Positions 39,565 through 53,097 of a DNA stretch of 64,000 nucleotides are shown here, in pieces; within the stretch, counting starts at the first letter, position 1; each line of letters starts with the position of its first letter. Under the pieces are notes generated by a model, which saw nothing but the letters and a program-made list of their open reading frames with translations, searched no databases and was not told where the DNA came from. The stretch is from Mobula hypostoma (taxonomy: Eukaryota). The position numbers were made by a program, and so were the translations under genes. Where the stretch lies: positions 103,604,001 to 103,668,000 of the forward strand of contig NC_086097.1 of the NCBI RefSeq assembly GCF_963921235.1, read 5' to 3'.

Positions 39565-41837
39565 AACACACATAAAAGTTGCTGGTGAATGCAGCAAGCC
39601 AGGCAGCATCTCTAGGAGGAGGTACAGTCGACGTTTCGGGCTGAGACCCTTTGTCAGGACTAACTGAAAGAAGAGCTAGTAAGAGATTTGAAAGTGGGAG
39701 GGGGAGGGGCAGATCCGAAATGATAGGAGAAGACAGGAGGGGGAGGGATGGAGTCAAGAGCTGGACAGTTGATTGGCAAAAGAGATATGAGAGGATCATG
39801 GGACAGGTGGCCTACGGAGAAAGAAAAGGGGGAGGGGGGAAAAACCAGAGGATGGGCAAGGGGTATAGTGAGGGGGACAGAGGGAGAAAAAGGAGAGAGA
39901 GAAAAAGAATGTGTGCATATAAATAAATAACGGATGGGGTACGAGGGGGAGGTGGGGCATTAGCAGAAGTTTTAGAAGTCAATGTTCATGCCATCAGGTT
40001 GAAGGCTACCCAGACGGAATATAAGGTGTTGTTCCTCCAACCTGAGTGTGGCTTCATCTTTACAGTAGAGGAGGCCGTGGATAGACATATCAGAATGGGA
40101 ATGGGATGTGGAATTAAAATGTGTGGCCACTGGAAGATCCTGCTTTCTCTGGTGGACAGAGCGTAGGTGTTCAGCGAAACGATCTCCCAGTCTGCGTTGG
40201 GTCTCGTCAATATATAGAAGGCCACATCGGGAGCACTGAACGCAGTATATCACCCCTGTCGACTCACAGGTGAAGTGTCACCTCACCTGGAAGGACTGTC
40301 TGAGGCCCTGAATGGTGGTGAGGGAGGAAGTGTAAGGGCATGTGTAGCACTTGTTCAGCTTACAAGGATAAGTGCCAGGAGGGAGATCAGTGGGGAGGGA
40401 TGGGGGGGGGAACGAATGGACAAGGGAGTCGCGTAGGGAGCGATCCCTACGGAAAGCGGGGGGGGGAGGGAAAGATGTGCTTAGTGGTGGAATCCCATTG
40501 GAGGTGGTAGAAGTTACGGGAATTATATGTTGGACCCGGAGGCTGGTGGGTAGGTGAGGACAAGGGGAACCCTATTCCTAGTGGGGTGGTGGGAGGATGG
40601 AGTGAGAGCAGATGTGTGTGAAATGGCGGAGATGTGTTTGAGATCAGAGTTGATGGTGGAGGACGGGAAGTCCCTTTCTTTAAAAAAGGACATCTCCCTC
40701 GTCCTGGAATGAAAAGCCTCATCCTGAGAGTAGAAGCGGCGGAGACGGAGGAATTGTGAGAAGGGGATGGCATTTTTGCAAGAGACAGGGTGAGAAGAGG
40801 AATAGTCCAGGTAGCTGTGAGAGTCAGTAGGCTTATAGTAGACATCAGTAGATAAGCTGTCTCCAGAGACAGAGACAGAAAGATCAAGAAAGGGGAGGGA
40901 GGTGTCAGAAATGGACCAGGTAAACTTGAGGGCAGGGTGAAAGTTGGAGGCAAAGTTAATAAAGTCAACGAGCTCAGCATGCGTGCAGGAAGCAGCGCCA
41001 ATGCAGTCGTTAATGTAGCGAAGGAAAAGTGGGGGACAGGTACCAGAATAGGTTTGGATCATAGATTGTTCCACAAAGCAAACAAAAAGGCAGGCAGAGC
41101 TAGGACTCATACGGATGCCCATGGCTACACCTTTAGTTTGGAGGAAGTGGGAGGAGCCAAAGGAGAAATTATTAAGAGTAAGGACTAATTTCACTAGACG
41201 GAGCAGAGTGGTGGTAGAGGGGAACTGGTTAGGCCTGGAATCCAAAAAGAAGTGGAGAGCTTTGAGACCTTCCTGATGGGGGATGGAAGTATACAGGGAC
41301 TGGACATCCATGGTGAAAATAAAGTGGTGGGGGCCAGGGAATTTAAAATCATTGATAAGTTCCAGAGCGTGAGAAATGTCACAAACATAGGTAGGAAGGG
41401 ATCGAACAAGGGGGGATAAAACAGTGTCGAGGTATGCAGAAATGAGTTTGGTGGGGCAGGAGCAAGCTGAGACAATAGGTCTACCAGGACAGGCAGGTTT
41501 GTGGATCTTGGGTAGGAAGTAGAAACGGGAAGTGCGGGGTGTGGGAACTATAAGGTTGGTAGCAGTGGATGGGAGATCCCCTGAGCGGATAAAGTCGGTG
41601 ATAGTATGGGAGAAAATGGCCTGGTGCTCCTTAATGGGTTCACGATCGAGGGGTAAATAAGAGGAGGTATCCGCAAGCTGTCGCTGTGCCTTGCCAAGGT
41701 AGAGGTCAGTACGCCAGACTACAACAGCACTAACCTTATCGGCGGGTTTTATAGTAAGGTTAGGACTAGTGAGGAGGGAGTGGAGAGCAGAGCGTTCGGA
41801 AGGAGTGAGGTTGGAATGGGAACACTCAACTTGTGTG
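39565..41837 (-). mobile_element. Penelope-like retroelement (5'-truncated RT, GIY-YIG endonuclease, pLTR) nested in Tc1
   Basis: PLE RT motifs IKPADK, FYFLPKIHK...RPIVS, MDVQSLYTSIP, QTKGVAMG, RYIND, VYYKPT. GIY-YIG IYCVQCSRCGLLYIDETQRRLGDRFAEH at 40253-39972. 12-bp TSD GACTGCACAAGT at 39553-39564 and 41838-41849. Confidence 0.95.
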
Positions 41838-42282
41838 GACTGCACAAGTGATGATTTGTTGTGTCCTATTAAAGGAAGTGAATACTTATGCAAACAATTA
41901 TTTTGTGATTTATATTTGTAATTAATTTAGATCACTTTGTCGAGATCTGTTTTCACTTTAACATGAAAGAGTCTTTTTTTGTTGAGCAGAGTCAAAAATG
42001 TCAAATTAAATCCACTGTGATTCAGTATTGTAAAACAATAAAACATGAAAACTTCCAGAGGGGGTGAATACTTTTTATAGACACTGTATATGGTTTCTGT
42101 TTTTCACTATCTTTAACTATTTAAAATACACTTAAATACTTTAATTTATTTACTTATTTCTTTTACTTTCGATATTATCATGTATTGCATTGACTGCTGC
42201 TGCTAAGTTAACAAATTTCAGGACACACGTCAACAATAATAAACCTGATTCTTATTCTGCAGCTTCTGTTTTGGGACTACCA

Positions 42283-43370
42283 ACATCATTTTCATTATGT
42301 GCCATGATGTATGACGTGGGCGATCATGGGCTGTGAGCATGATTGTTCTTGGCAAATTTTACAGAAGTAGTTCGCCATTGCTTTCTTCTGGGCAGTGTCT
42401 TTTAAAATATGATGGCAGAATTAATGGTAAGATTCTTGGCAGAGTGGAGGATCAGGGGGATCTTGGGGTCCGAGTCCATAGGACACTCAAGGCAGCTACG
42501 CAGGTTGACTCTGTGGTTAAGAAGGCGTACGGTGTATTGGCCTTCATCAATCGTGGAATTGAATTTAGAAGCTGAGAGGTAATGTTGCAGCTATATAGGA
42601 CCCTGGTCAGACCCCACTTGGAGTACCGTGCTCAGTTCTGGTCGCCTCACTACAGGAAGAATGTGGAAGCTATAGAAAGAGTGCACAGGAGATTTACAAG
42701 GATGATGCTTGGATTGGGGAGCATGCCTTATAAGAATAGGTTGAGTGAACTCGGCCTTTTCTCCTTGGAGTGACGGAGGATGAGAGGTGACCTGATAGAG
42801 GTGTATAAGATGATGAGAGGCATTGATTGTGTGGATAGTCAGAGGCGTTTTCCCCTGGGCTGAAATGGTTGCCACAAGAGGACGTAGGTTTAAGGTGCTG
42901 GGGAGTAGGTACAGAGGAGATGTCAGGGGTAAGCTTTTTACTCAGAAAGTGGTGAGTGTGTGGAATGGGCTGCCGGCAACGGTGGTGGAGGCGGATACGA
43001 TAGGGTCTTTTAAGAGACTTTTGGATAGGTACATGGAGATTAGAAAATAGAGGGCTATAGGTAAGCCTAGTAATTTTTAAGGTAGGAACATGTTCGGCAC
43101 AACTTTGAGGGCTGTTTCTAAAACAGGTGACCCCAGCCATTATCAATACTCTTCACAGAATGTCTGCCTGGCGTTAGTGCTCGCAAAACCAAAACTTGTG
43201 ATATGCACCAGCTACTCATACGACCATCCACCACCTGCTCCCATGGCTTCACATGACCCTGATCGGGGGTCTAAGCAGGTGTTACACCTTGTCGAGGGTG
43301 GTCTGCAGGTTAATGCAGAGAGCAGTGCATTACACCATCTTTGATAGAGATACATTTCCACCCAGCCACC
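42283..43370 (-). mobile_element. RTE-related short element interrupted by a CR1 3' fragment (42405-43110, + strand)
   Basis: Minus strand gcaatggcgaactacttctgtaaaatttgccaagaacaatc resembles the RTE/BovB-type 5' motif; (ATG)n-like tail. The nested CR1 matches 34160-34870. Confidence 0.55.
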
Positions 43371-44659
43371 TAAACCATCAACAAAACAGCTCAAAAATCT
43401 CCTGGATACACTTCAAAGATTCCATACGCTCCAAGTCTTTCACCCTACAGTGATCCCAGCTTATATTATGCATTTTGGAATCTCCTACTACTACCCAATT
43501 AATGCTTACACTTCTTGATTTGCCTATATATGTTTAGGCTGTAGTATAAAGCACAAAAAGTGACACTCTTTCTATTTGAGCTTGATGCGCTCATCCTTGC
43601 AAATGTCACTTTTGTTTTATACACCTTTTCCCCACTCTCCTGTGATGCCTGAAGATAATCATATCTTGAATTGCCAGTCTTGCAACTTGTTTAACAAGTC
43701 TATGAAATAATAACAATATCATATACCAAACTACTAATCAATGCTCTTCGTTCATCCATATTACAAGCCATACTCCTTGCACCAAAATAGATACAATCAG
43801 CCTGGCCTTCCTCTCATGTTTTATTATATCCATACATGCTATGTTTACTCAACCAACTTATTTTCCTTTGAATACGTGACTCTACCTAAACCTCTCCTTC
43901 CCCAACCAAGGACAGGAGCAAAACTGTCTAGTTGCCTTGAGCACTGAGAATACATTTAATTTTCGATTCAGGTGATAAATGATATTGCTGTCATGAATGC
44001 ACTGAAGGTTCAGCAGTCTGACTCCTGGGATGGCAGGACTGACAAATGGAAAGAGATTGGGGCAATTCGGATTACATTTGCAGGAGTTCAGAAGAGTAAG
44101 AAACTTATAAAATTCTGATGAGACTGGTCAGATAATAGAGGAAGTACATTCTTGCTGGTGGAGGAGCCCAGAATCAGGGATTCCAGCCTCAGGACAGGCC
44201 ATATGGAACTGAAATGAAGATAAACTTCTTCTCTCAGAGGGTGGGGAATCTGTAAAATTCTCCACCACAGAAGCAATTGAGGCTAACATTAAATGTATTC
44301 AAGAATAAGTTAGATATATGTTAATGGCCAAAGAGATCAAAGGGCATGGAGGAAAGCAGGTAAAGGCACTGATTTTGGATGATTAGCCATGGTCACGTTG
44401 AAAGGCCAGACAAGCTCAAAAGCCAGAATAGCTTAATCCCAACATTTGCTTTTAAAGTGTGACAATGGAACGGAAATGAGCCTGACATTTCTTCTCCATT
44501 TCAAGATATGTCAAGAACTCAAGAACTGTACTTTGATCCTGCATTACACAACTCAGCTCTCCATTAATCAGCAAATCAACCCATTTAATCAAGAGTAGTT
44601 GCTACTTTAAATAAAAGCACATTAAATGCACTCATTACAAATGATTACTGTTTTCCCAC

Positions 44660-44757
44660 CTCATTCACATGTGGCTTGTTGACGATATTCTTTGCATGTG
44701 CTGCATATCGTAAAGTGCTGATAGTTTCGGTGTAACTGGTGCTTGCAGGTGAGATTG
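44660..44757 (-). CDS. STARD9: STARD9 coding exon (T)[32 protein letters not shown] (end of motor domain)
   Basis: Acceptor gacgacAG, donor GTggga, 98 nt, phase 1 to 0. Kinesin motif SP....ET.STLRYA..AK.I.NKP.VNE. Confidence 0.95.
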
Positions 44758-45399
44758 CTGTCGTCAAAATATGAACATTATGATGAGAATATTAATCATG
44801 AAAAACAAAAGAATTGCAACTTAACTGTAAAAGAAAAATTGGAAAATTGACAACCATAGCAGTAAATAACAGAAATGGGTCACTCCCAGTTTTGGAATTT
44901 AAAAAAAATATCTACAGCTACAAAATAGTACAGTGAATGCATTATAGCAGTAATGTAAAACACTATCACAAAGAAAAGCATGCAACTGTAATAATTACAA
45001 TAATCCAGAAAAATCTATTTCCACCCAATTTAAGTGTGCTACTTCTTACAACCCTTGTGACATCTCATGGTCAAGCCAGGATCTGAAACGGTATTGTTCT
45101 GAATACAAGGGTTGCTTGAATGAGTGAACACATGGACAGGAACCACTGCATGGCCAAGAGAAGTGTTATGAATTGAACCTCTTGTACGAACATCAGAAAG
45201 CACTTGAACTCAATACAAATTTGTGACATGGGATTCCTTCAAGAGTTAACATAGTTTCAACAGGCCAAATGGCCTCAGACCCGTACAGAGATACAGCAAG
45301 GAAACAGATCAATGCCCCCACTGCATCTGCCGCAACCATCAACACCCATTTACATTAATCACACCCAGCTCATTTTGTTGCCTGACTTCCAAAATCATA

Positions 45400-48300
45400 T
45401 GGAAATCGGAAATATGAAAGAGGTAAAACAAATAAAAAAGAGAAATTAATCATTGAGGAGCCAGTTGACTGAAGAGTGGTGAATATTATGCTTATTTAAG
45501 GGGGGGTCCAAGTAAAAGCTGGGAAATATAGAGCAGTAAGTCTAACATCTATAGTTGGAGAGGATTCTGATGGATAAGATACATATGCATCTGGAAAGAT
45601 AGGGGTTGATTAGGATTAGTCAGCATAACTTTATGTGTGGGAGATCACACCTTACAAACCTGATTGAGATTTTTGATGATATGACATAGAAGGTTGATAA
45701 GGGCAGGGTAGTTGGGATGGTCTTTATGGGCTTTAGGATGATCTTTGATAAAGTTCCACATGGTAGACTGCTCTGAGAGTTAGATCACATGGAATCCAGG
45801 GAGAACTGGCTAATTGGATATATAACTGGCTTCACAGCAGGAAGCTGAAGGCGATGTGGAAGGTTATTTCACAGACTGGAGGCCTGCATCGAATATTTTG
45901 ATTAATGGGTCAGTGCTGGATCCATTGTTGTTTGCCATTTGTATCAATAATTGAATAAGAATGTATACAATATGGTTAATAGGTTTGCAGATGACACTAC
46001 AACAGATAGTATAGTGAACAGTAAAGATGGTTATCAGACTTACTTGGGTGCAATCATTTGAGTAATACCACAAGACCATAAGATATAGGAGCAGAATTAG
46101 GCCATTGGCCACCGAATCTGCTCCATCATTTCATCATGGCTGATCCACCTTTCCTCTCAGCCCCAGTTTCCTGCCTCTCTCTCTATCCCCTCGTGCCCTG
46201 ACTCATCAAGAATTTATAAACATCTGCCTTAAATATATATAAAGACTTGGCTTCCACAGCTGCTTGTGGCAACGAATTCCACAGATTCACCACTCTCTGG
46301 CTAAAGAAATTCCTCCTCATCTCCATCCTATAAGTGGGTCAAGGAATAGCAAATGGAGTTTAATTTGGATAAGCACAAGATGTTACATTTTGTAAAGTCA
46401 AATCTGGGTTAGGCATTCACAGTGAACAGCAGGGCCTTGGGGAGCATTGTAGAATAGAGAAAGATCTGGAGTTGAAGTACATGGTTCAAGAAGGGAATTT
46501 GTAGAATGCCTATGAGATGGCTTTTTAAAGCAGCCTGTGGTTGTGCATGGTAGGGGAAATGCAATTCTAGATTGGGCATTGTGTAATGAACCAGATTTGA
46601 TTGGGGTGCTGAAGGTAAAGGGACACTCAGGAGGCAGTTTGACAGGGAGAAGATAAAGTCAGAGGTTTAAGTATAACAGTGGAGTAAAGGAAATTACAGA
46701 GGCTTAAGAGAGGAGCTGACTAAAGTTAATTCAAAGGAGACTCTATCAGGGATGATGGGAGAACAGCAATGGCTGGAGTTTCTGAGAGCATTTCAGAAGG
46801 CATGGGATAGATACCCAAAGATGAAGAATTATTCTAAAGAGACAATATGGCAACCATGGTTGACAAGGGAAGTCAAAGACAGCATAAAAGCAAAAAACAG
46901 GGCATATAATATAGCAAAGATTAGTGGGAAGAAGAATTGGGAAGCTTTTAAAAACCAACTGAAGGCAATGAAAAAGTCAAAAGGAGGAAGGATGAAATAC
47001 GAAGATAAGCTAACCAATAATATAAAAGAGAATACTAAATGACTTTTCAGATATATAAACAGCAAACGAGAGGCAGGTGTGGATATTGGACCACAGGAAA
47101 ATAACACGAGAGGTAACAAAGAAATGGCAGAGAAACTTAAATATTTTGCATCAGTCTTCACTGCGACAGACACTAACAGTATGATTGAAATTCGAGAGTG
47201 CCAGGGGGCAGGGGTGAGTGTAATTGCTGCTACTAAGTGCTTGGAAAAAGTCTGAAGGTAGATAAGCCACCTGGACCAGTCTCCAAAGTTCTGAAAGAGG
47301 TAGATGAAGATATTGCGGAGGCATTAGTAAAGATCTTTCAGGAATTGCTAGATTCTGGAATGATTCCGGAGGTCTGGAAAATTGCAAATGTCACTCCACT
47401 CTTTAAGAAGTGAGGGAGGCAGAAGAAAGGATATTATAGGCCAGTTACCCTGACTTTAATTATTAAGAATGATGTTTTGGGATACTTAAAGGCATATGAT
47501 AAAATCAACCAAGATTTCCCCAGGAAAAATCTTGCTGACATATCTGTTGGAGCTCTTTGAGGAAATAAAAGGCAGGATAGACAAAGGAGAGTTGTTTACT
47601 TGGATTTTCACAAGGTACCGCACGTGAGGCTGCTTAATGAGATAAGAGTCCATGGTATTACAGGAAAGACACAAGAATGGATAGAAAAGTAGTTGAGTGG
47701 CAGGAGGCAAAGAGTGGAAATGATGAGGGTCTATTCTGGTTAGTTGCTGTTGACTAGCATTCTGCAGGGGTTGGCATTGAGAACGCTTCTTTTTAAATTG
47801 TATGTTAATAATTTGGATGTCAGAATTGATGGTTTTGTGGCTAAGTTGCAGATGATACAAAGGTAGGTGGAAGGGCCAGGAATCTGCAGAAAGACTTAGA
47901 TAGATTGAGAGAATAGACAAAGAAATGGCAGATGGAGTATAGTATAGGGAGGTATACGGTCATGCACTTTGTTGGAAGGAATAAAAGTGCAGACTACTTT
48001 CTAAACGGGGAAAAAATTCAGAAATCAGAGGTGAAAGGGACTTGGGAATCCTTGGGCAGGATTCCTTAAAGCTTAACTTGCAGGTTAAGTTAGTGGTAAG
48101 GAAGGCAAATGTAATGTTAGCTTTCATTTCAAGAGGACTAGAATATGAGCAAGAATGTAATTCTGTGGTTGTATAAAGCATTAGTCATACCGCACCGGGC
48201 AGTTTTAAGAAAAGTTGTGCTGGCATTGGAGATGGCCCCGTGGAGGTTCATAAGAATGATTCCAGCAATATAAGGGATAACATATGAAGAGAATTTGATA

Positions 48301-49370
48301 GCTCTGGGCTTGTACTTTCTGCAGTTTAGAAGAATTAGGAGGGGGATCTCATTGAAACCTACCAAATATTGAAAGGCCTAGACAGAATGGTATGGAGAGG
48401 ATGTTTCCGTTGGCGGGGTAGTCCAGAACCAGAAGGCACAGCCTCTGAATAGAGGGATGTCTATTTAAAACAGGGATGAGGAGGAATTTCTTTAACCAGG
48501 GAGTGGTGAATCTGTGTAATTCATTACCACAGGTAGCTGTGGAGGCCAGGATATTGGGTGGATTTAAGGTGGAGGTTGATAGTTTCTTCATTAGTCAGGG
48601 TGTGAAAGTTTACAGGGAGAAGGCAGGAGAATGGGATTGCATGGGAAATTGATCAGCCATGATGAAATGGTGGAGCAGACTCGATGGGCCAAATGGCCTA
48701 ATTCTGCTCCTATATCTTAGGGTTCCTTAAAAGTTGAGCCACAGCACTTGGAGTGGTAAAAGTGGCCTGTGGCACGCTGGCCTTCATCAGTCAGAACACT
48801 TGAGTATAAAAGTTGTGATATCATGGTGTAGACCTATAAAGTGCTGGTGAGGCCACACTTGAACTACTGTCTTCAGTTCTGGTTGCCCTGCTAGAGGAAA
48901 TAAGTTATTAAACTGGATAGAATTCAGAAAAAATTTGCAAAGATGTTGGTAGGACTTGAGGGGCCAAGTTATAGGGATAGGCAAGGATTTTATGCAGTAG
49001 AGTGTAGGAGACTGAGAGATGATCTTATTAAGAAGTATAAAATGAGAGACATAGATCGAGTGAACACGTACAGTATTTACCCAGAGTTGAGAAAATAAAG
49101 AGTTAGAAGACATGGGTTTAAGGTGAGAAGGGAAAGATTTACCCTTTTGAGGGGCATTTTTTTTAAACACACAAAAAGGTATAGATGTGAAATGAGTTGC
49201 CAGAGGACGTGCTCAGTCAGATACACTAACAACTTTTAGAGTACAGTTATACAGGTACATGATTGGTCGAGAAGGTTACTTGCCAAACACTGGCAAATGG
49301 GACTTGGATGGGTTTCTTTGTTGGCATAGACCAGCTGGGCTGGAGAACCTGTTCCTGTGCTGTATAAACC
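45400..49370 (+). mobile_element. Composite of decayed CR1 LINEs (nested; includes a minus-strand 3' end at 46070-46330)
   Basis: QPWLTREVKDSIKAK, many RT-like fragments with stops, and multiple CR1 tails. Confidence 0.8.
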
Positions 49371-52300
49371 TAGGACGTGGGAGGGACAGAGAATGTCTGT
49401 GCGCAATCTTAGAGAATGTGGGCAAGACTTGACGATTAGTCATGCACCTTCAAAGTCATGACATCTGAGCTTTCAGTGCAAAAGCACATATAGCTCCAAA
49501 AAACAATCCTTGTAAGTAGTCAGTCATTTCTGCAGGATGGTGATGTTTTATACCAGAGGGCATAGGTTTAAGGTGAGAGAGAGGAAATTTAGAGGAGTGT
49601 TTTCAATAGACACACAGGGACTGGTGGGTACTTGCATGTACTTTGGTAATTGATTCATTATTAGCACGTGTACCGAGATACAATGAGAAACGTTCTGCAT
49701 GCCATCGAGATAGATCATTCCAAACAAAGTACAGTTACAGAGAAAGTGCAGTGCAAGTATATAAATAAGATGCAAGGCCACAAACAGGTTGATTAAGAGA
49801 TCAAGAATTCATCTTTACTATACAACAGGTCCATTCAATGGTCTTATAACAGCAAGGTTAAAGCTGTCCTTGAGCTTGGTGTGGCACTTTTATAAGTTTT
49901 TATACCTTCTGCCCCAGAAGATGGAATGACTAGGATGGAAGGACACTTTGATTATGTTGACTGCTTTCCTGTGGTAGGATGAAGTGAACACAGAACCAAT
50001 GAAAGGGAGGCTGTTTTTTTGTGAAAGACTGGGGTGTGTCTACAACTCTATAACTTCTAGTGATCTTTGGCAGAGAGGATACTCCACCTAGAAAAATTGG
50101 TGAAGGTTAACAGGGACATGACTTTTGAGGAATAGAGCTTTCTTGGCACATTGCCTATGTGGTTGGACCAAGACAAGCTACTAGTGATATTTATACCTAG
50201 AAACTTGAAGACCACATTGTCAAGTTTGCCAATGACACAACAGTGGTGGGGCTCATCAACAAAGATGAGATGGCCTACACAAAGGAGGTGGAAGAACTTG
50301 AAGCCTGCTGCCAGGCAAATAACTTCTTCCTTAATGTCAACAAGACAAAGGAGATGGTTATTGACTTCAGAACTCAGGTCACTCACACCCACCTTTACAT
50401 CAGCAGCACAGCAATGGAAACTGTGAGCAGTTTCAAACTCCTGTGAGTGTACATCTCACACAACCTACACAATCAGGAAAGCTCACCAATGCCTCTGCTT
50501 TCTAAGGAGGCTGAAGAGAGCTGGACTTTGCACATCAATGTTCATGTCATTCTACACATGCACAATACAGAACATCCTAAAAAGCTACATCGCTGCTTGG
50601 TACGGAAACTACACTGCGGTGGACAGAAAGGCTCTACAACAGGTAGTCAAACCTGCCTGATGCATCATCAGCACCAGCCTACTCGCTATCAAGGACATAT
50701 ATACAGAAAGGTGCTGGTGAATGCATACAGTATATGGAATAAAGTAGATGATCTTGTAGTGCAAGTTAGAGATTGGTAGGTATTTTGTGGCCATCGATGA
50801 GTCGTGGCTGAAAGAAGATCATAGTTGGGAGCTTAACATCCAAGGATACACATTGTATTGATAGGACAGGTGGGTAGGCAGAGGGAGTGACTTGGCTCTG
50901 TCGGTAAAAAATCAAAGCATAGAAAGAGGTGACATAGCATCGGAAGGTAGAATCAAGGTGGGTACAGTTAAGGAATTGCAAGAGTAAAAAGACCCTGATG
51001 GAAGTTATATAAAGACATCTAAGCAGGTCAACAGGGCAATGTTACGATTGTCATGGGGAATTTCAATATGCGCTAGATTGGGAAAATCAGATTGGTGCTG
51101 GATGACGAGAGAATTTGTAGAATGCCTGGAAGATGGCTTCTTAGAACGGGTTGTGGTTGAGCCCACTAGGGAATCTGCGATTCTGGATTGGGTGTTGTGT
51201 AATGAACTGGATTTGATTTGGGAGCTTAAGGAAAAGGAAACCTTAGGGCCCAGAAGTGTGTGCAGTTACTATTCCTAGGGAGAAGGTAATTGGGAAACTG
51301 AAAAGTCTGAAGGTAGATAAGCCACCTGGACCAAATGTACTACATTCCAGGGTTCTGAAAGAGGGAGATGAAGAGACAGTGGCGGCATTAGACCATAAGA
51401 CCACAAGACATAAGAGCAGAATTAGGCCATTCAGCACATTGACTCTGCTCCGCCATTCAATCATGGCTGATCCCAGATCCCACTCAACCCCATAACCTGC
51501 CTTCTCACCATACTGACTAAAGAGAAATCCTAACCTTTGTTCTAAAAGGTCACACCTCAATTTTAAGGTGTGCCCTCTGGTTCTGGATACCTCCGCCGAA
51601 AGGAAACATCCTCTCCACATCCACCTTATCTAGTCCTTTCAAAATTCAGTAGGTTTCAATGAGATCCTCCCACATTCTTCTAAATTCCAGTGAGTACAGG
51701 CCCCAAGATGTCAAATGCTCCTCATACGTTAACCCCTTAATTCCTGGAATCATCCTTGTGAACCTCCTCTGGACTCTCTCCGATAACCACACATCCTTTC
51801 TGAGGCCCAAAGCTGTTGGCAATACTCCAAGTGTGGCCTGACTAGTGTCTTATTAAAGCCATTATCTCCTGCTTTCATATTCGATACCCCTTGAAATAAA
51901 CGCCAGCTTTGTATTTGCCTTCTTTACCATAGACTCAACCTGTAAATTAATCTTCTGGAAGTCGCACAAAGACTCCTAAGTCCCTCTGCACCTCTGAATG
52001 CTTGAATTTTCTCCCCAGTTAGATAATACTATTGTTCCTTTTACCGAAATGCATTATCATACATTTCCCAATACTGTATTCCATCTATCACTTTTTTGCC
52101 CATTCTTCCAATTTGTCTAAGTCCTGCTGAAATCGCATTGCTTCCTCAGCACTACCTACCCCTCCACCTATCTTCATATCATTTGTAAACTCTGCCACAA
52201 AGCCATCAATACCAATATCTAAATCATTGACAAACAATGTGAAGAGTAGGTGTCCCAACACTGACCCCTAAGGATCACCACCAGTCACTGGCAGCCAACC

Positions 52301-52744
52301 AGAAAAGGCACCTTTTATTCCCACTCACTGCTTTCTGCCTGTCAGCCATTCCTCTATCCATGCCAGTATCTTTCCTGTAACTCCATAGGATTTGATCTTG
52401 TTAACCAGCCCTACGTGTGGCACCTTATCAAATGCCTTCTGAAAATCCGAGTAAATGACATTCACTGCCTCTCCTTTGTCCACCCTGCTGGTTACTTCCT
52501 CAAAGAACTCTTAACAGATGTGTCAGGCAAGATTTCCCTTTACAGAAACCATACTGAGTGACTTATTTTATCATTAGTCCCCAAGTACCCAGAAACTTCA
52601 TCCTTAGTAATAGACTCCAACACTTTCCCAACCACTGAGGTTAGGCTAACAACAGGAATTCTGCAGATGCTGGAAATTCAAGCAACACACATCAAAGTTG
52701 CTAGTGAACACAGCAGGCCAGGCAGCATCTCTAGGAAGAGGTAT

Positions 52745-52780
52745 AGTCGACATTTCAGGCCGAGATCCTTCATCAGGACT
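52745..52780 (-). ncRNA. Minimal type I hammerhead ribozyme motif (sense to the STARD9 pre-mRNA)
   Basis: Minus strand reads AGUC-CUGAUGA-AGG-AUCUCGG-CCU-GAAA-U-GUC^GACU: stem I, core and stem II intact. Confidence 0.7.
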
Positions 52781-53061
52781 AACTGAAGGAAGAGTTAGTA
52801 AGAGATTTGAAAGTGGGAGGGGGAGGGGGAGATCCAAAATGATAGGAGAAGACAGGAGGGGGAGGGATGGAGCCAAGAGCTGGACAGGTGATTGGCAAAG
52901 GCACCTCCTGTCCCATGATTCCCATGATCCTCTCATATCCCCTTTGCCAATCACCTGTCCAGCTCTTGGCTCCATCCCTCCCCCTCCTGTCTTCTCCTAT
53001 CATTTTGGATCTCCCCCTCCCCCTCCTACTTTCAAATCTCTTACTAACTCTTCCTTCAGTT

Positions 53062-53097
53062 AGTCCTGACGAAGGGTCTCGGCCTGAAACGTCGACA
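53062..53097 (+). ncRNA. Minimal type I hammerhead ribozyme motif
   Basis: AGUC-CUGACGA-AGG-GUCUCGG-CCU-GAAA-C-GUC^GAC; palindromic ACGU replaces stem III; predicted cleavage after 53093. Confidence 0.78.

Larger units (their letters stand above)
36364..42086 (-). mobile_element. Tc1-like transposon with both ends present and two nested retroelements
   Basis: TA-flanked CAGT...ACTG ends and roughly 220-bp inverted terminal repeats. Transposase from ATG at 39418 (MKTNEHSKQLHEEVIEKHKSGDGYKKISKSL), resuming after the CR1 with SDETKIELFG; in-frame stops. Confidence 0.9.
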
